Below, piece after piece: positions 33,623-44,200 of a stretch of DNA of 64,000 bases (within the stretch, counting starts at the first letter, position 1; each line of letters begins with the position of its first letter). The position numbers and the translations under genes were made by a program. Location: sequence record MW812339.1; one strand, given 5' to 3'. The notes under the pieces were generated by a model that saw only the letters and a list, made by a program, of their open reading frames with translations, ran no database searches and had not been told where the DNA came from.

Positions 33623-35098
33623 TTAAACGCGATGTGGAACGTGAATGCAGACACCGCCGCAAATCCAGTTAAGGACGTACTCGATCATCCAGTCAGTTGC
33701 CACTTCGTCAGCCTGACGTCCCGCTACCATACCGTTGTGCACAGACAACATCAGGTTAGACAGGTCATACTCGCCGAACACTTCACCACACGCATAACGG
33801 ATAACGAAAGCTGTGATGTCGGTGCAGTCGCTAGTGAACAGATGGTCGATGGCTGAAGCCACGCCCAGTTTCACATCAGCCGGCGCACGCAGGTTACCCT
33901 CTGGGAAGGTACGCAGGTAATCTGGATCGAGCGTGTCGATGGCCAGATTGAACGCCTGTTTCAGAGACTGACGGTTACGAGTCAACCAATCAGCATCGAG
34001 CTTAGCACGCTGGATAGAAGTACGACGTGACCAAGCGGCCATGTAGTCTTTCTGATTTTCCAGCAGAGTACCCACACGGGTAGAAGCATTCTGGTCGCCA
34101 TCGTCAATCAGGTAGATAGCACCCAACAGCGCTTCGACACTACCACCTTTTTCCAGGTAGTCGGTCATCACATCCTGACAGATGTAAACGCGTTTTTCGG
34201 AACCGTCATAACCGAAGACAATGTTACCGGTTTTGATACGGGTGACGATCTGCTGCGTGTACGCATAGACCCAACCAACATAGCTGTAGTGCAGCGGCAG
34301 CATTTCGCCTTTCCACTGAGCAGTACCCATGCCGGAGTCTTTCCATGGCACTTCGACGTAGAAGCCGGAGAGCAGCATGAACAGAATGTTCTTTTTCAGG
34401 TTGTGTGGTGCCTGGTCAGAAATCGGGGACAGCATGTTACCTTCCAGCATCGTTCGGACGGCTTCATTGATGTTCCAACCCAGATCATTCAGCAGTGTAC
34501 GTACCAGTTCGTCGTACGCCTTGGTACCGGTTTCCGGTACTTCGATGTCGGACGGTACGTTGGCTTTCACCGCAGCATGAGTGGTGCCATTACCCAGCGG
34601 GTTTTGCACGGAGTCAATCAACGCCTGGACAACCGGAGAGTTCAGCGCGTCATCCATCCCGACCGGCACCAGCGCCCAGTCTTCAGTAACCGCTTCGTTA
34701 TTAGCGGCCTGGTTGTTCTGGACGACCAGTTGCACGAACGGCTGAATCACGTTACGGGCAAAGTCGAGCATCCCGTTACAACGCTGTACGGCCATACGCT
34801 TCAGTTCGAACAGCGTCGGTTCGTGGTCTTCCACGTTCAGGGCTTCTGCACCGGCAGCGGTATCCACAACCACGGACGCTTCACCGGTACCCGCCTGTGG
34901 CGTTTTCAGCGCAGTCATATCTGGCAGCGACTGGAAGAACTCTTCGTCGGTGATTTTGGTATCGAAGACGCTGTGCTGGTTAGTGGCTTTTGTCAGCAGA
35001 CCAACCGGGCTGTCTTCGTCGACATCCAGACGCACTTGACTCTGCTTGCAGAGTTTCATTGCATTGGTGACGGCGTTAAGCGAATATAAGTTGATCAT
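33623..35098 (-). CDS. Virion head protein, 491 aa
   Basis: Synteny in protease-vRNAP block. Confidence 0.55.
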   Translation of the reverse strand: MINLYSLNAVTNAMKLCKQSQVRLDVDEDSPVGLLTKATNQHSVFDTKITDEEFFQSLPDMTALKTPQAGTGEASVVVDTAAGAEALNVEDHEPTLFELKRMAVQRCNGMLDFARNVIQPFVQLVVQNNQAANNEAVTEDWALVPVGMDDALNSPVVQALIDSVQNPLGNGTTHAAVKANVPSDIEVPETGTKAYDELVRTLLNDLGWNINEAVRTMLEGNMLSPISDQAPHNLKKNILFMLLSGFYVEVPWKDSGMGTAQWKGEMLPLHYSYVGWVYAYTQQIVTRIKTGNIVFGYDGSEKRVYICQDVMTDYLEKGGSVEALLGAIYLIDDGDQNASTRVGTLLENQKDYMAAWSRRTSIQRAKLDADWLTRNRQSLKQAFNLAIDTLDPDYLRTFPEGNLRAPADVKLGVASAIDHLFTSDCTDITAFVIRYACGEVFGEYDLSNLMLSVHNGMVAGRQADEVATDWMIEYVLNWICGGVCIHVPHRV

Positions 35099-35388
35099 TC
35101 CTGACCCCCGTTTTCGGTGCTAATGGCTTCCTGAATACGGTAGGCTACACGAGCACCTACCAGGTCTGCGATATCACGTTTCAGCAAACGCTGATCGCCC
35201 GTGCGGTCAGTCAGACCGTTACCGCCTTTGAGCAGAGCATGGATTACTTCGGTGGCCACTTCGACAGTGTTGCCAAGAACCACAAAGTTCATGCGCTGTT
35301 GTGGGGAATAGCCTTCCGTTTCCGGATTGGTGCTATTGCGACCCACCGGAATCCCGTTCTGCTGCTTGAGCGTATCTAAAATACCCAT
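35095..35388 (-). CDS. Small conserved protein, 97 aa
   Basis: GGAG SD; coupled to next gene. Confidence 0.65.
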   Translation of the reverse strand: MGILDTLKQQNGIPVGRNSTNPETEGYSPQQRMNFVVLGNTVEVATEVIHALLKGGNGLTDRTGDQRLLKRDIADLVGARVAYRIQEAISTENGGQE

Positions 35389-35413
35389 TATTAACTCCGG
35401 AGTTTAATGTTCC

Positions 35414-35432
35414 GGGCGGGAGCGACCCGCCC
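35414..35432 (-). terminator. GC-rich hairpin after vRNAP beta gene
   Basis: GGGCGGG/CCCGCCC stem; no clear U-tract. Confidence 0.45.
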
Positions 35433-35436
35433 TACG

Positions 35437-38400
35437 TTAGTTAATTTTAGCCGGCAAGGCTGGGACGCTTTCGCCGTCCAAGATGCGCCCGATGTTGACA
35501 CCCGCCTGAATACCGCCTGCGTTAGCAGTGCCGATACGCATAATGGAACCAACGATACGAGCATCAACTGAATCACGACCGAAGATAATGTCCAGGGGCT
35601 CACCGTTCTCGGTTTCATTTCTCCCGTACATCACTTCTTGAACCGTGGTCTTCAGCTGGTTCGCGATAACCATCTTATCCGCTGCAGCCATCTCCACCCG
35701 GTGTGTAATGTAGAAACGAACACACAGGCTGTTGTAAGCTAACGGCACCCCTTCAACGCGGAAATCGCCATTGACTCGACCGGACTGTGGGTCACCACGA
35801 CCAACGGCTAACGCTGCCTTCCGACGGATACGGTCGTATTTACGAACCAGCTCTGCCAGAGACGGCGTCATGTCTTCGATTTCGCCGTGATACACCACTT
35901 CGATTTTGTCAATAACACCACGAACACCTGAACGCGGAGCATACGAACTCAGCTCCTGCAGGGTTGCAGCTGCTTCTTTACTGAACCCACTCATATCGCC
36001 AGTCAGGTTGTCGGTGAAGGTGCATAGAATTGAATCCACGTCTACGTGGTCGCCTTCTTTCGCAATCTCCAACAGGTTCTGCGTAAAGGTCAGCGTTGGT
36101 TCTTTCAGTTTGGTAACATCGGCTTCAGCCTTAGCAGCGAACCGCTCACTAATGGCATTGGAGTCCTCAAGTACCTCTTCTGCTTCAATCAACGCGACTG
36201 TTGCCGCAATACCGTTTTTCCAGCTGACTTGAGTCCGGTCGTAAATGTCCGGTTCAAAGTGTTGGTCGTTGTAAGTGATAACCGCGCCCGCAGGCAGCTT
36301 ATCACCTGCCTTCCAACGGGTGGTCAGGGTGTGCGGATAGTAGGTGCCTTCATGAGCGCCGAACCAGCGTCCCAATGGAAATGCTTCCTCTTCTCCGTCC
36401 TCGTATTTGATTTTGATGTGGTCATCAGAGATTTCGGTAATCTTGCCAGCTTTGTCAATCACACGTGCGTGCTTAACGCTCGTACGGTGAGCAACGAGTT
36501 TCTCCTGTTCAGTACGGTATGGGGTGGTGGTTGCCCCGATACATGACATAGCGGAACCCATCTGAATACCCACGAAGTTCTGACGCTTAGCATCATCCAT
36601 CAGAGTGTCCGGTACCAGCCCGTCGATAAACGACAGTGCTTCCCCGGCAGTCAGTTTGTCTGGGTCTTTCTTAAAGGTGGTGCCATCCACAGTGTCGAAC
36701 CGTGGGTTATTGGTTAAGAACGCGGTGATACCTACGTCACCGTTATCGACCGTGTTACCGGAAACGATACCGAGGTCAGACGGTTGGAACTCACGAGTGT
36801 GATAGACCATCGTCTTACGGTTACGACCACCAGTACCACCCATCGTGACTACGTCGCGTTCCTTGATAGGTTGAACTGGGTTAGCGCCCGGAGCCAACAA
36901 CACAGACGGGTCGGAGTTGATCGCACCCCAGATCATGTCCTGGGTCAACTCAAACTTACGATTACTGTTCGGGGCGTTGTTGTAGTTACGCATCGCACGC
37001 ACCATCGCGGTGTAGATGTGATACGAAATACGTTGGTTTCCGATGAACATCATTTCGTCGCCGTTAATCTCTGGCAACGTGTGGTCAATCTGGAGTAGTT
37101 CGTTAGAACGTTCCAGCAGGCCGATGAAAGTCTCAGGCTCACCCATCTTCCGGAGGATACGTGCGTGCATGTCATCAACAAATGCGGTCCGCATCTGCTT
37201 CAGCTCTTTGATGTAACGTGGTGTTAAACCATCTGCATCACGGATCAAGTTCAGGTAGATGTCTTCGCGGTCGACTTCCGACTCGGTATAGGCAGTAAAG
37301 TGTTTCACGTAACGGTCAAGACCGTTTACAATCATGCGCTGTTGATCGTTCTCACAGACAATCACGAACTTCGCGTCCTGTAGACGGATAATCGAATCGT
37401 ACTGCGACTTATCAACTCGCTGACCCACCGGGAGAATATCGTAACTGATACCGAAATTCTTCAACATCCCGGTCAGACCAAGATAGTAGGAGAACACAAA
37501 GCCCAGAGACAACGATTTGCCCATCAGGGAAAGCTCGGTCATCTCACGTGGAGCTTTGGCAGTATCAACGCCCAGAATTTCAGCCAAGGTACCCAGTGGT
37601 TCGGTTTTCTCCTTGTCCACTTTGTACACTTGGGATTTGTTATCCATGGCCAGGATGACAGTGCTTCGAGGTTTCTTCGCCACCGGTATCAGCTCAACGC
37701 GGTCCGCGTCTGCCAATTGCCCTTCGTTGAAGAACTCACCTTTCTGCTTAATGTCAAAGCACCACTGATAACCAATCGCGTTAAAGGACGCAACGCGACG
37801 AGCCACTTCGGTATACTGACGAGGCAGTTTCGCGAGTGGGTCGAACACGTTGGCCAGTTTGGCATCGGTCACTTCGGTGTTTTTCGGGTCAACTGCACGC
37901 GTGATGATAGCGTTCGTTAACCAACGACCGTAGTCGTTTACTACTTTGTCACTGCGACGGACAAAATTCTTACCATAAGCGGTAGTCAGTGCAACGGTAT
38001 CGTAGTCAACCTTACGGATAGGCTTATCGACACGTTGACGACGCATGGTGTACTCAACGCCGTTCGCTACCCAAGTACCGTCTTCGGTCAGGGCAGGAAT
38101 GGAGAAACGCACAGTTGTTGGTTCACCGCCAATTGGCTGTACCCGCAGGGTGTGGTGTTCCACGTTACCGGTCACGGAGACTTCTTTCTCAACAGTGTGG
38201 TTGTGGATTGCCAGACCCAGACGCTGTGAAGAGGCGACTGCCGCCAATACGTCTTTCGGGAACATGGTTTTGTTGTACTGTTTGATAATCTGGTCGGTGC
38301 TGTTCTCAGCCCAAGACGCATCAGTTACCAAACGTTCGATTTTCTTCGGTTCGACCTTGATATCGATGTCTTTCTTCACGTCGATGGTCAGCGCTTCACC

Positions 38401-39609
38401 GTACGTCTCTTTCGGGTTGTACGGGTTAGGTAGACTAACGAAACGCTTAGAAGAATCGTTCAGGAACTGGTATGCCTTCGCAGACACACGCCCGGCTTCT
38501 GCCAGACGCTCCACTTCCTGTTTAATCACGGCATCGTGGGCGATGACTTTCTCAACGACGATAGTGGTCGGTTTGACATCTTCTTTCGGTGCAGCGATGA
38601 CCAGGTCTTCTTTCTCATCGAAAGCATTATCATCGACAACGTCAGCAGAATTGCTCACGTCTTCATCGTCAACAACATCCACCTCGTCTTCCGGCTCACG
38701 GTCGCCGATAACGACACGTTCGTCGCCTTCTGGAGTCAGGAACTCTGCGTCGTACTCTTCAGATGGAGGAGTGGTCATTACCGCAGTCAGGGTACGGTAG
38801 AACATGCGGCTCATTTGGTCGTCGGTTAAACGACCGCCTGAGGATTTACGCATGGTCTCAACCAGACCCATGTTCATGGACGTGAAACCGTTGTTGTGCA
38901 CGAAGATAAAGTTCATGCGGGACATCTGGGTCATGTCCATGCCATCGAACAGAGAGTCCTTCTGGTGCCCGTAGGCCCACGCAAAGATTTCCAGCAGCCA
39001 TAACAGGTTAAAGTCACGGAAACGCTCCAGCTTCGTTTTAACGCGGTCCTGGAAGGTATTCTTAAACTTGTCGTAGGCTGGCAGGGTAGAACCCAGGTTG
39101 ATGATGTAGTAGTTCTGACGCGGATACTCTTTGGTATCGTACTTCATCTGGTTGGTCATTGTCAGCTGCACGTTGCGCAGACGGTCGTACCAGGCCAACT
39201 GGGTTTCTGGATAAATGTAGTGCGACAGCATCGGGGTGTAGTTCTCGATGAGCAGCACTTTCAAATCAGAACGTACCGCGTCGTCGGTATTCAAACGACG
39301 GATACGACGGTTCTCACGGTGGTATTGGAAGATTTTGCGTTCTTGGCCCTGTACCGGCTTGTTGCGCGGATGGCCGGAGATACCATCCTCCGGCAGTTTG
39401 AAGTGGTGGCGAATCATCGCTGGCTTTTCCAGTTCCCCGAAGTACGGAGTCGTCACTGGTGGAGCCAGCACCACCTGGTCTAAATCGACCGTATGGTATA
39501 CAGATCCACGCGGGAGCTGTAGCTTCTCAAGAGGAATGATGCGCGGCGAACCGAACTCATTCGTCTTACGCACCGAGAAGCGCTGGTTAAACTGTTTAAT
39601 CAGTAACAT
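35437..39609 (-). CDS. Virion RNA polymerase beta-like subunit, N-terminal part (phiKZ gp178-like), 1390 aa
   Basis: RpoB-like motifs DDAKRQNFVGIQM, EDSNAISE, ADKMVIANQLKT, PLDIIFG..S...R. Confidence 0.9.
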   Translation of the reverse strand: MLLIKQFNQRFSVRKTNEFGSPRIIPLEKLQLPRGSVYHTVDLDQVVLAPPVTTPYFGELEKPAMIRHHFKLPEDGISGHPRNKPVQGQERKIFQYHRENRRIRRLNTDDAVRSDLKVLLIENYTPMLSHYIYPETQLAWYDRLRNVQLTMTNQMKYDTKEYPRQNYYIINLGSTLPAYDKFKNTFQDRVKTKLERFRDFNLLWLLEIFAWAYGHQKDSLFDGMDMTQMSRMNFIFVHNNGFTSMNMGLVETMRKSSGGRLTDDQMSRMFYRTLTAVMTTPPSEEYDAEFLTPEGDERVVIGDREPEDEVDVVDDEDVSNSADVVDDNAFDEKEDLVIAAPKEDVKPTTIVVEKVIAHDAVIKQEVERLAEAGRVSAKAYQFLNDSSKRFVSLPNPYNPKETYGEALTIDVKKDIDIKVEPKKIERLVTDASWAENSTDQIIKQYNKTMFPKDVLAAVASSQRLGLAIHNHTVEKEVSVTGNVEHHTLRVQPIGGEPTTVRFSIPALTEDGTWVANGVEYTMRRQRVDKPIRKVDYDTVALTTAYGKNFVRRSDKVVNDYGRWLTNAIITRAVDPKNTEVTDAKLANVFDPLAKLPRQYTEVARRVASFNAIGYQWCFDIKQKGEFFNEGQLADADRVELIPVAKKPRSTVILAMDNKSQVYKVDKEKTEPLGTLAEILGVDTAKAPREMTELSLMGKSLSLGFVFSYYLGLTGMLKNFGISYDILPVGQRVDKSQYDSIIRLQDAKFVIVCENDQQRMIVNGLDRYVKHFTAYTESEVDREDIYLNLIRDADGLTPRYIKELKQMRTAFVDDMHARILRKMGEPETFIGLLERSNELLQIDHTLPEINGDEMMFIGNQRISYHIYTAMVRAMRNYNNAPNSNRKFELTQDMIWGAINSDPSVLLAPGANPVQPIKERDVVTMGGTGGRNRKTMVYHTREFQPSDLGIVSGNTVDNGDVGITAFLTNNPRFDTVDGTTFKKDPDKLTAGEALSFIDGLVPDTLMDDAKRQNFVGIQMGSAMSCIGATTTPYRTEQEKLVAHRTSVKHARVIDKAGKITEISDDHIKIKYEDGEEEAFPLGRWFGAHEGTYYPHTLTTRWKAGDKLPAGAVITYNDQHFEPDIYDRTQVSWKNGIAATVALIEAEEVLEDSNAISERFAAKAEADVTKLKEPTLTFTQNLLEIAKEGDHVDVDSILCTFTDNLTGDMSGFSKEAAATLQELSSYAPRSGVRGVIDKIEVVYHGEIEDMTPSLAELVRKYDRIRRKAALAVGRGDPQSGRVNGDFRVEGVPLAYNSLCVRFYITHRVEMAAADKMVIANQLKTTVQEVMYGRNETENGEPLDIIFGRDSVDARIVGSIMRIGTANAGGIQAGVNIGRILDGESVPALPAKIN

Positions 39610-39627
39610 ACATGAGCCTTATGGGTG

Positions 39628-41241
39628 TCATTTCAACAGGGCTGCGACAGCACGCTTAATCACGTTGTTCATTGGACTAACCTTGAACTTCTTATCTGTC
39701 GAGAACCAGTAGTTTTTCGAACGAACCCACTTCCTATTCTCTTCGAGGGCTTCCGTCGACATCGGGCTGTTCGCCGAGCCGGTATCGCCGTCGTAGTCAC
39801 CACCCAGACCGTTTAATCGGGACGGGTGAGGTGCCATCGACTCCACAAAGGTTTTCACGTTACGGTCAGGGAAGCTCACAGCCCCCTTCGGTTTCGTTGT
39901 TACCCAGTCATCTTCCAGTTCGTGCAAATATAAGGAAGAGGTGGTGGTCTCCAATCTTATGGTCGAGGAGTAAGTCGATCCACGACCCGTCACCGGGTAT
40001 CGTGTAATGAATGAGAAGTAGTCGTTCCAAATATCGTAACCAGACAAGTAAAGCAATTCCGCCAAACTCAGTCCGCGGACGAGTGAACGGTCTTTGTCTT
40101 TAGGTAACTCGTCAATGTCAAAGAAGACCTTGAACGTTTTCTTGTCTTGGTAAATCAGTGCCACGAAGTGATTAGAATCAATCATTAATGGGCGATGGCG
40201 GACTGCGCGAGCCTCCATGCGGTTAATGAGTGTTTCAATCCCGTCGTCGGTCGTAAAGGTGTCGTACACACGGCCAGACACTTCCAAGAATTCGCGTTTA
40301 AGCGTCTTGGTGTTTACGCCATAAAGGTTGCCATCCCCTGCACGGATATTACTGAGGTAACGTTCGCGAATGTGATACTGCGCCACTGGCAGCAGAGCTT
40401 TCAGGGTTTGGAACAAACCAATACGAGTGTCTGTAGGTCGGACGGCATCTTCACGTCCCATTACCTTCGAACCGGTGGAGAACGAGGACAGTACGTTACG
40501 TGTCCCGTTCATCAGTTTACGCGATGTCACTTTACGACGGGCGAAACCACCTTTCCCGTCTTGGATGTTAAAGAAGTACATCCAGATATCGTTAAAGGTT
40601 TGCTGGAGCTTCCAGCGAACTGGGTCAGTCAGTTCCGTTCGCGCACCGCGGTCGGGGATAGCGCGAGCCAGAGAAATCAGACGACGGTACAATCCGCCAA
40701 TGTCTTCTTCCTGGTCACGGCCGTCCTGACGAATGACCAAGTCACGTAACCCCGCAGGGAGAATCAGCACATATTGGCTGAGACTGACCGGACGGAACTT
40801 ATTGAAGAAATCCACTGTCTCGTCACGGCGCATCGATTCATTGCGCCCTGGCTGCAGTTGCTCGTAGTAGCGTAAGAAGAAGTTAAAGCCGGTGTCTGCA
40901 CCTTTATCACTGGGCAGCGCTGGCTCAAAGTCTTTTTCTTTCTCATTCCAGATAGCGAACCGCTTCCCGGAACAGATTTCTTCGTACAACTGTTTTAACT
41001 GGAACAACGCCAGACACACCGTGGGGGAGATGATGTCGAGTTTAATGTCGACGTACGAGAACGTTGAGTCTCGTGCTTCACTCCCAGTCAGGCCGAAAAT
41101 TTCGGTTGAGTACAGTCCTTCAGGGTGAAAGTTTTTCGTCATTCCCGAAAAGGTGTCAGTGCTCGTTACTGGTTTTAATTGCGACACCAGGGACTTGTTG
41201 ACGTTTAACAAATAAAAGTCAACCCAGTTTAGCTTTTTCAC
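39628..41241 (-). CDS. Virion RNA polymerase beta'-like catalytic subunit (phiKZ gp180-like), 537 aa
   Basis: GLYSTEIFG, LPAGLRD, RYP and catalytic GGDYDGD (cf. NADFDGD). Confidence 0.92.
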   Translation of the reverse strand: MKKLNWVDFYLLNVNKSLVSQLKPVTSTDTFSGMTKNFHPEGLYSTEIFGLTGSEARDSTFSYVDIKLDIISPTVCLALFQLKQLYEEICSGKRFAIWNEKEKDFEPALPSDKGADTGFNFFLRYYEQLQPGRNESMRRDETVDFFNKFRPVSLSQYVLILPAGLRDLVIRQDGRDQEEDIGGLYRRLISLARAIPDRGARTELTDPVRWKLQQTFNDIWMYFFNIQDGKGGFARRKVTSRKLMNGTRNVLSSFSTGSKVMGREDAVRPTDTRIGLFQTLKALLPVAQYHIRERYLSNIRAGDGNLYGVNTKTLKREFLEVSGRVYDTFTTDDGIETLINRMEARAVRHRPLMIDSNHFVALIYQDKKTFKVFFDIDELPKDKDRSLVRGLSLAELLYLSGYDIWNDYFSFITRYPVTGRGSTYSSTIRLETTTSSLYLHELEDDWVTTKPKGAVSFPDRNVKTFVESMAPHPSRLNGLGGDYDGDTGSANSPMSTEALEENRKWVRSKNYWFSTDKKFKVSPMNNVIKRAVAALLK

Positions 41242-41270
41242 TTTTAAGCTCCTGAATTGGAAGAATCATT

Positions 41271-44200
41271 ATGGCAAAAAGAGGCAAAGACGGTTTCGAT
41301 GATATCGATCTTGACAGTCTTGACGATTGGGACGACTTCGGTGAGCCCCCACGTTCCGACGATAAGAAACGAAACCCGATACTGAATACCCTGAAGACTG
41401 CCAGGAAGTCTGCACTGTCCACTATCTGGCCGGAAGGGAAACGCGACCAGGTCATCCTGAAAGGGATGCCTAAGCCAGCCGCTGATGCCTATCAAGGCTA
41501 CCAGTCGGCAGCAGACGCGACAAAGGACATTTACGCCCATACGAAAGGGGAGCTTGAGAAGACTGAGCGTACGCTCAAACAACAGGCTCGCCAGCTGGGC
41601 CCAACGATGCGTAAGTATCTGCCGGACGCCGTCACTAAGCGTATCGACAAATGGGCGAAGTCAGACGACCAACAGTATCAGCAGTACGACGCCAACCAGG
41701 CGATGATGGATCGTGAACTCAACGACGTCTTCGCAGGTCAGAGCGTTCCACAGTCGGCCGAAGAACAACGGGCGATGCAGCAGCAGATGACGGAAGACAA
41801 ACTGCGTGACAGCATCAAGGACATGAAGTCCGATGCGTTACACCAGACCGTCATTGGCATGGCAAAAGACATCAACCTGTTAACCGGGTTGAATCGTGGG
41901 GTCTTCTTAAACATCGAGCGTAAGAAACTCGAGTTACAATACCGAACGTTGTTCGCGTTGCAAGACCTCTCGAAACTGAAACAAACTGAGTTCGACCGAA
42001 ATACCCCTGCCCTCGAAGCTATCGTAAAGAACACGGCGTTGCCGGACTATGCGAAAGAAGACTTCTCTGAGGTGCGTTGGGCTAACGTGAAACGTCAGGC
42101 AGCGGAATGGATGAACCCATTGCGTTACGCCGAAGGTTTCATGGACATGATTCGCGAAAACACCAAAAAGAAAATCACTGGTGCGTTCAGCGAAGGTCGC
42201 GGTCTGCTCGAATCGTTTCTCAGCATGGGCATGGAAGACGACTTCGGCATGGAGGACAGTTCGTCCCTTACCGCCGATAAGCGTAAAGGCAATGCCCGTG
42301 ATAAAGCGGTGGGTTGGGGCTCCGGTTTCTTGGCTAAGAAACTCTTAGGGCCACAAATCGAGAAACTCCAGAAGTACACTCGTGAACAACTGGAGAAGAA
42401 TCCAGAAGCGATGAAGCGCCTACATAAAGGCAGCTACGCGTTTCAGAATCTCTCGTCACTCTCTAACTCGGCCATTGCCGGGGAATCGAGTGGCCCACTG
42501 GCAAGTTTGTTTCAGGCATTAAACGAACTGGGTATCATTACTCCGCATGGTCGCGAGAAAGCATTCCTCGATGAACGTAGTGGCGAGTCTCTCAGTCGTT
42601 CGGCGAAGTTTGACCGTAAGGCGTACTTAAGCCTGGTTGAAGTGATTCCGGCCTGGTTATCTGAAATCAACAAATCCATTCGTCGAGGTTATGGTGAACA
42701 CGCGGACTTGGAATATGATATTTCTGGTCGTGGCTTTGTTGATCGCAAGGTGGTCGGTAATCGTATTCGGAAGGCAGTCGCTAACGATGATCAGCGTCTC
42801 CGCTTACAGAAGTCAATTAACGGCACAGTTGACTTCGTTGACAAGGGTAAGCAATTAAACTCGAAAGACCGTCAACACTTAGCTGACTATATCGAGTCAC
42901 GTGCCTCCCAAGGTCGTGCATTCGACGTAGAAGCGATTCTAAAGGACCCAACGCATTTATCTAGGCATATGCCCTCCTCAGCTGCTGAACGCATCCACGC
43001 AGCGTTACAGAGCCACTCAGATAGTCTTACGGGTGGTTCAGGGGAGCTGAGCAACCATATCGCCCACAAAATCTCGACTGTGCAGTCGTCTATCTCGCAA
43101 CGTCAGGCATTAATTGATGAAGCGGTGAATATCTACGGCGAACGTGCACTTCGTGATGCGGGTATCTTCCACTACGATGAGAAGTCCGATACTTTTGGTG
43201 TCGATAAAGACCTCTCTGACCCGTACACCATGTTTAACGACTTGGCGATGGGGAAAACGCGTAGCGGTCGTGCATTAACGCGTGACCAAGAGATTGCCCG
43301 TAAGATGCAAAACGGTTCGGCGTTAGGGGATTACCTCAAACGCATGAACCAGGGTGGTAGTGGTGCACAGGATGACTCGTCTTTACCTCCTGCCTTACGT
43401 GGCGGTAAAGGTGGTCGGGGTATGTCACCTCGTCAGTTGGCTGCTGTACTCTACGGCGAAACCTCCACGAACTTTGTGGAGTTGCTGAGTCAGCGTAACC
43501 AGCAAGACCCTGCCAACACCGGCGGTCAAGACCGCGTGGTAGACGCTATCCGTGAAAGCAATAACGCTTCACTGATTCAGCAAATCCTTGACCATGTGAA
43601 AAGCATGGATGAAGAAGGGATTCTGCTGGCCTCCCTTGCGGGCGGCAGCGATGGTGGTGGTTCTGCAGGTGCCGACGAAGAGATGGGTCCTCCACGCCCT
43701 GGACGTCGCAAAGGGAAACGTCGTCGAATCGTTATCGGTGAAGATGGCTTACTGCGTCGTTGGGGTGGTGTGTTGTTTGACTCCGCGTCCGGCGTAGGTA
43801 GCTTTGCGAAGAAAGGAGTAAAGGGTGCCTGGAATAAACTGAATCAGTTCGGTGGCTGGGCACGCGGTAAGATAAGCGGAATGGGTGGCGGGGAAGGTCC
43901 TGGGTTGTTCAGTAAACTGTCTGGCCTGGTTGGCGGTACAGTGAAGGACGCTTTCGACTCTGCAACGGCATTCGGTAAAGGTGTACTGGGTATTCGGGAC
44001 ATCTACGACGAACACGGTAACGTGGTGCTGCAAGGTGCCCGTTTAAGTGCGGGGGAATACTATCAGGTCAGCTCTGGCCAAGGTGGTAAGCTCAAGCAAC
44101 TGACCTCCCTGGACGATATCCGTCTGGGTCGTGACATCGTGGATGCGGAAGGCAACCTGATTCTGTCTGCGGCTGATTTGGCGAAAGCCGGTAAGCTGCG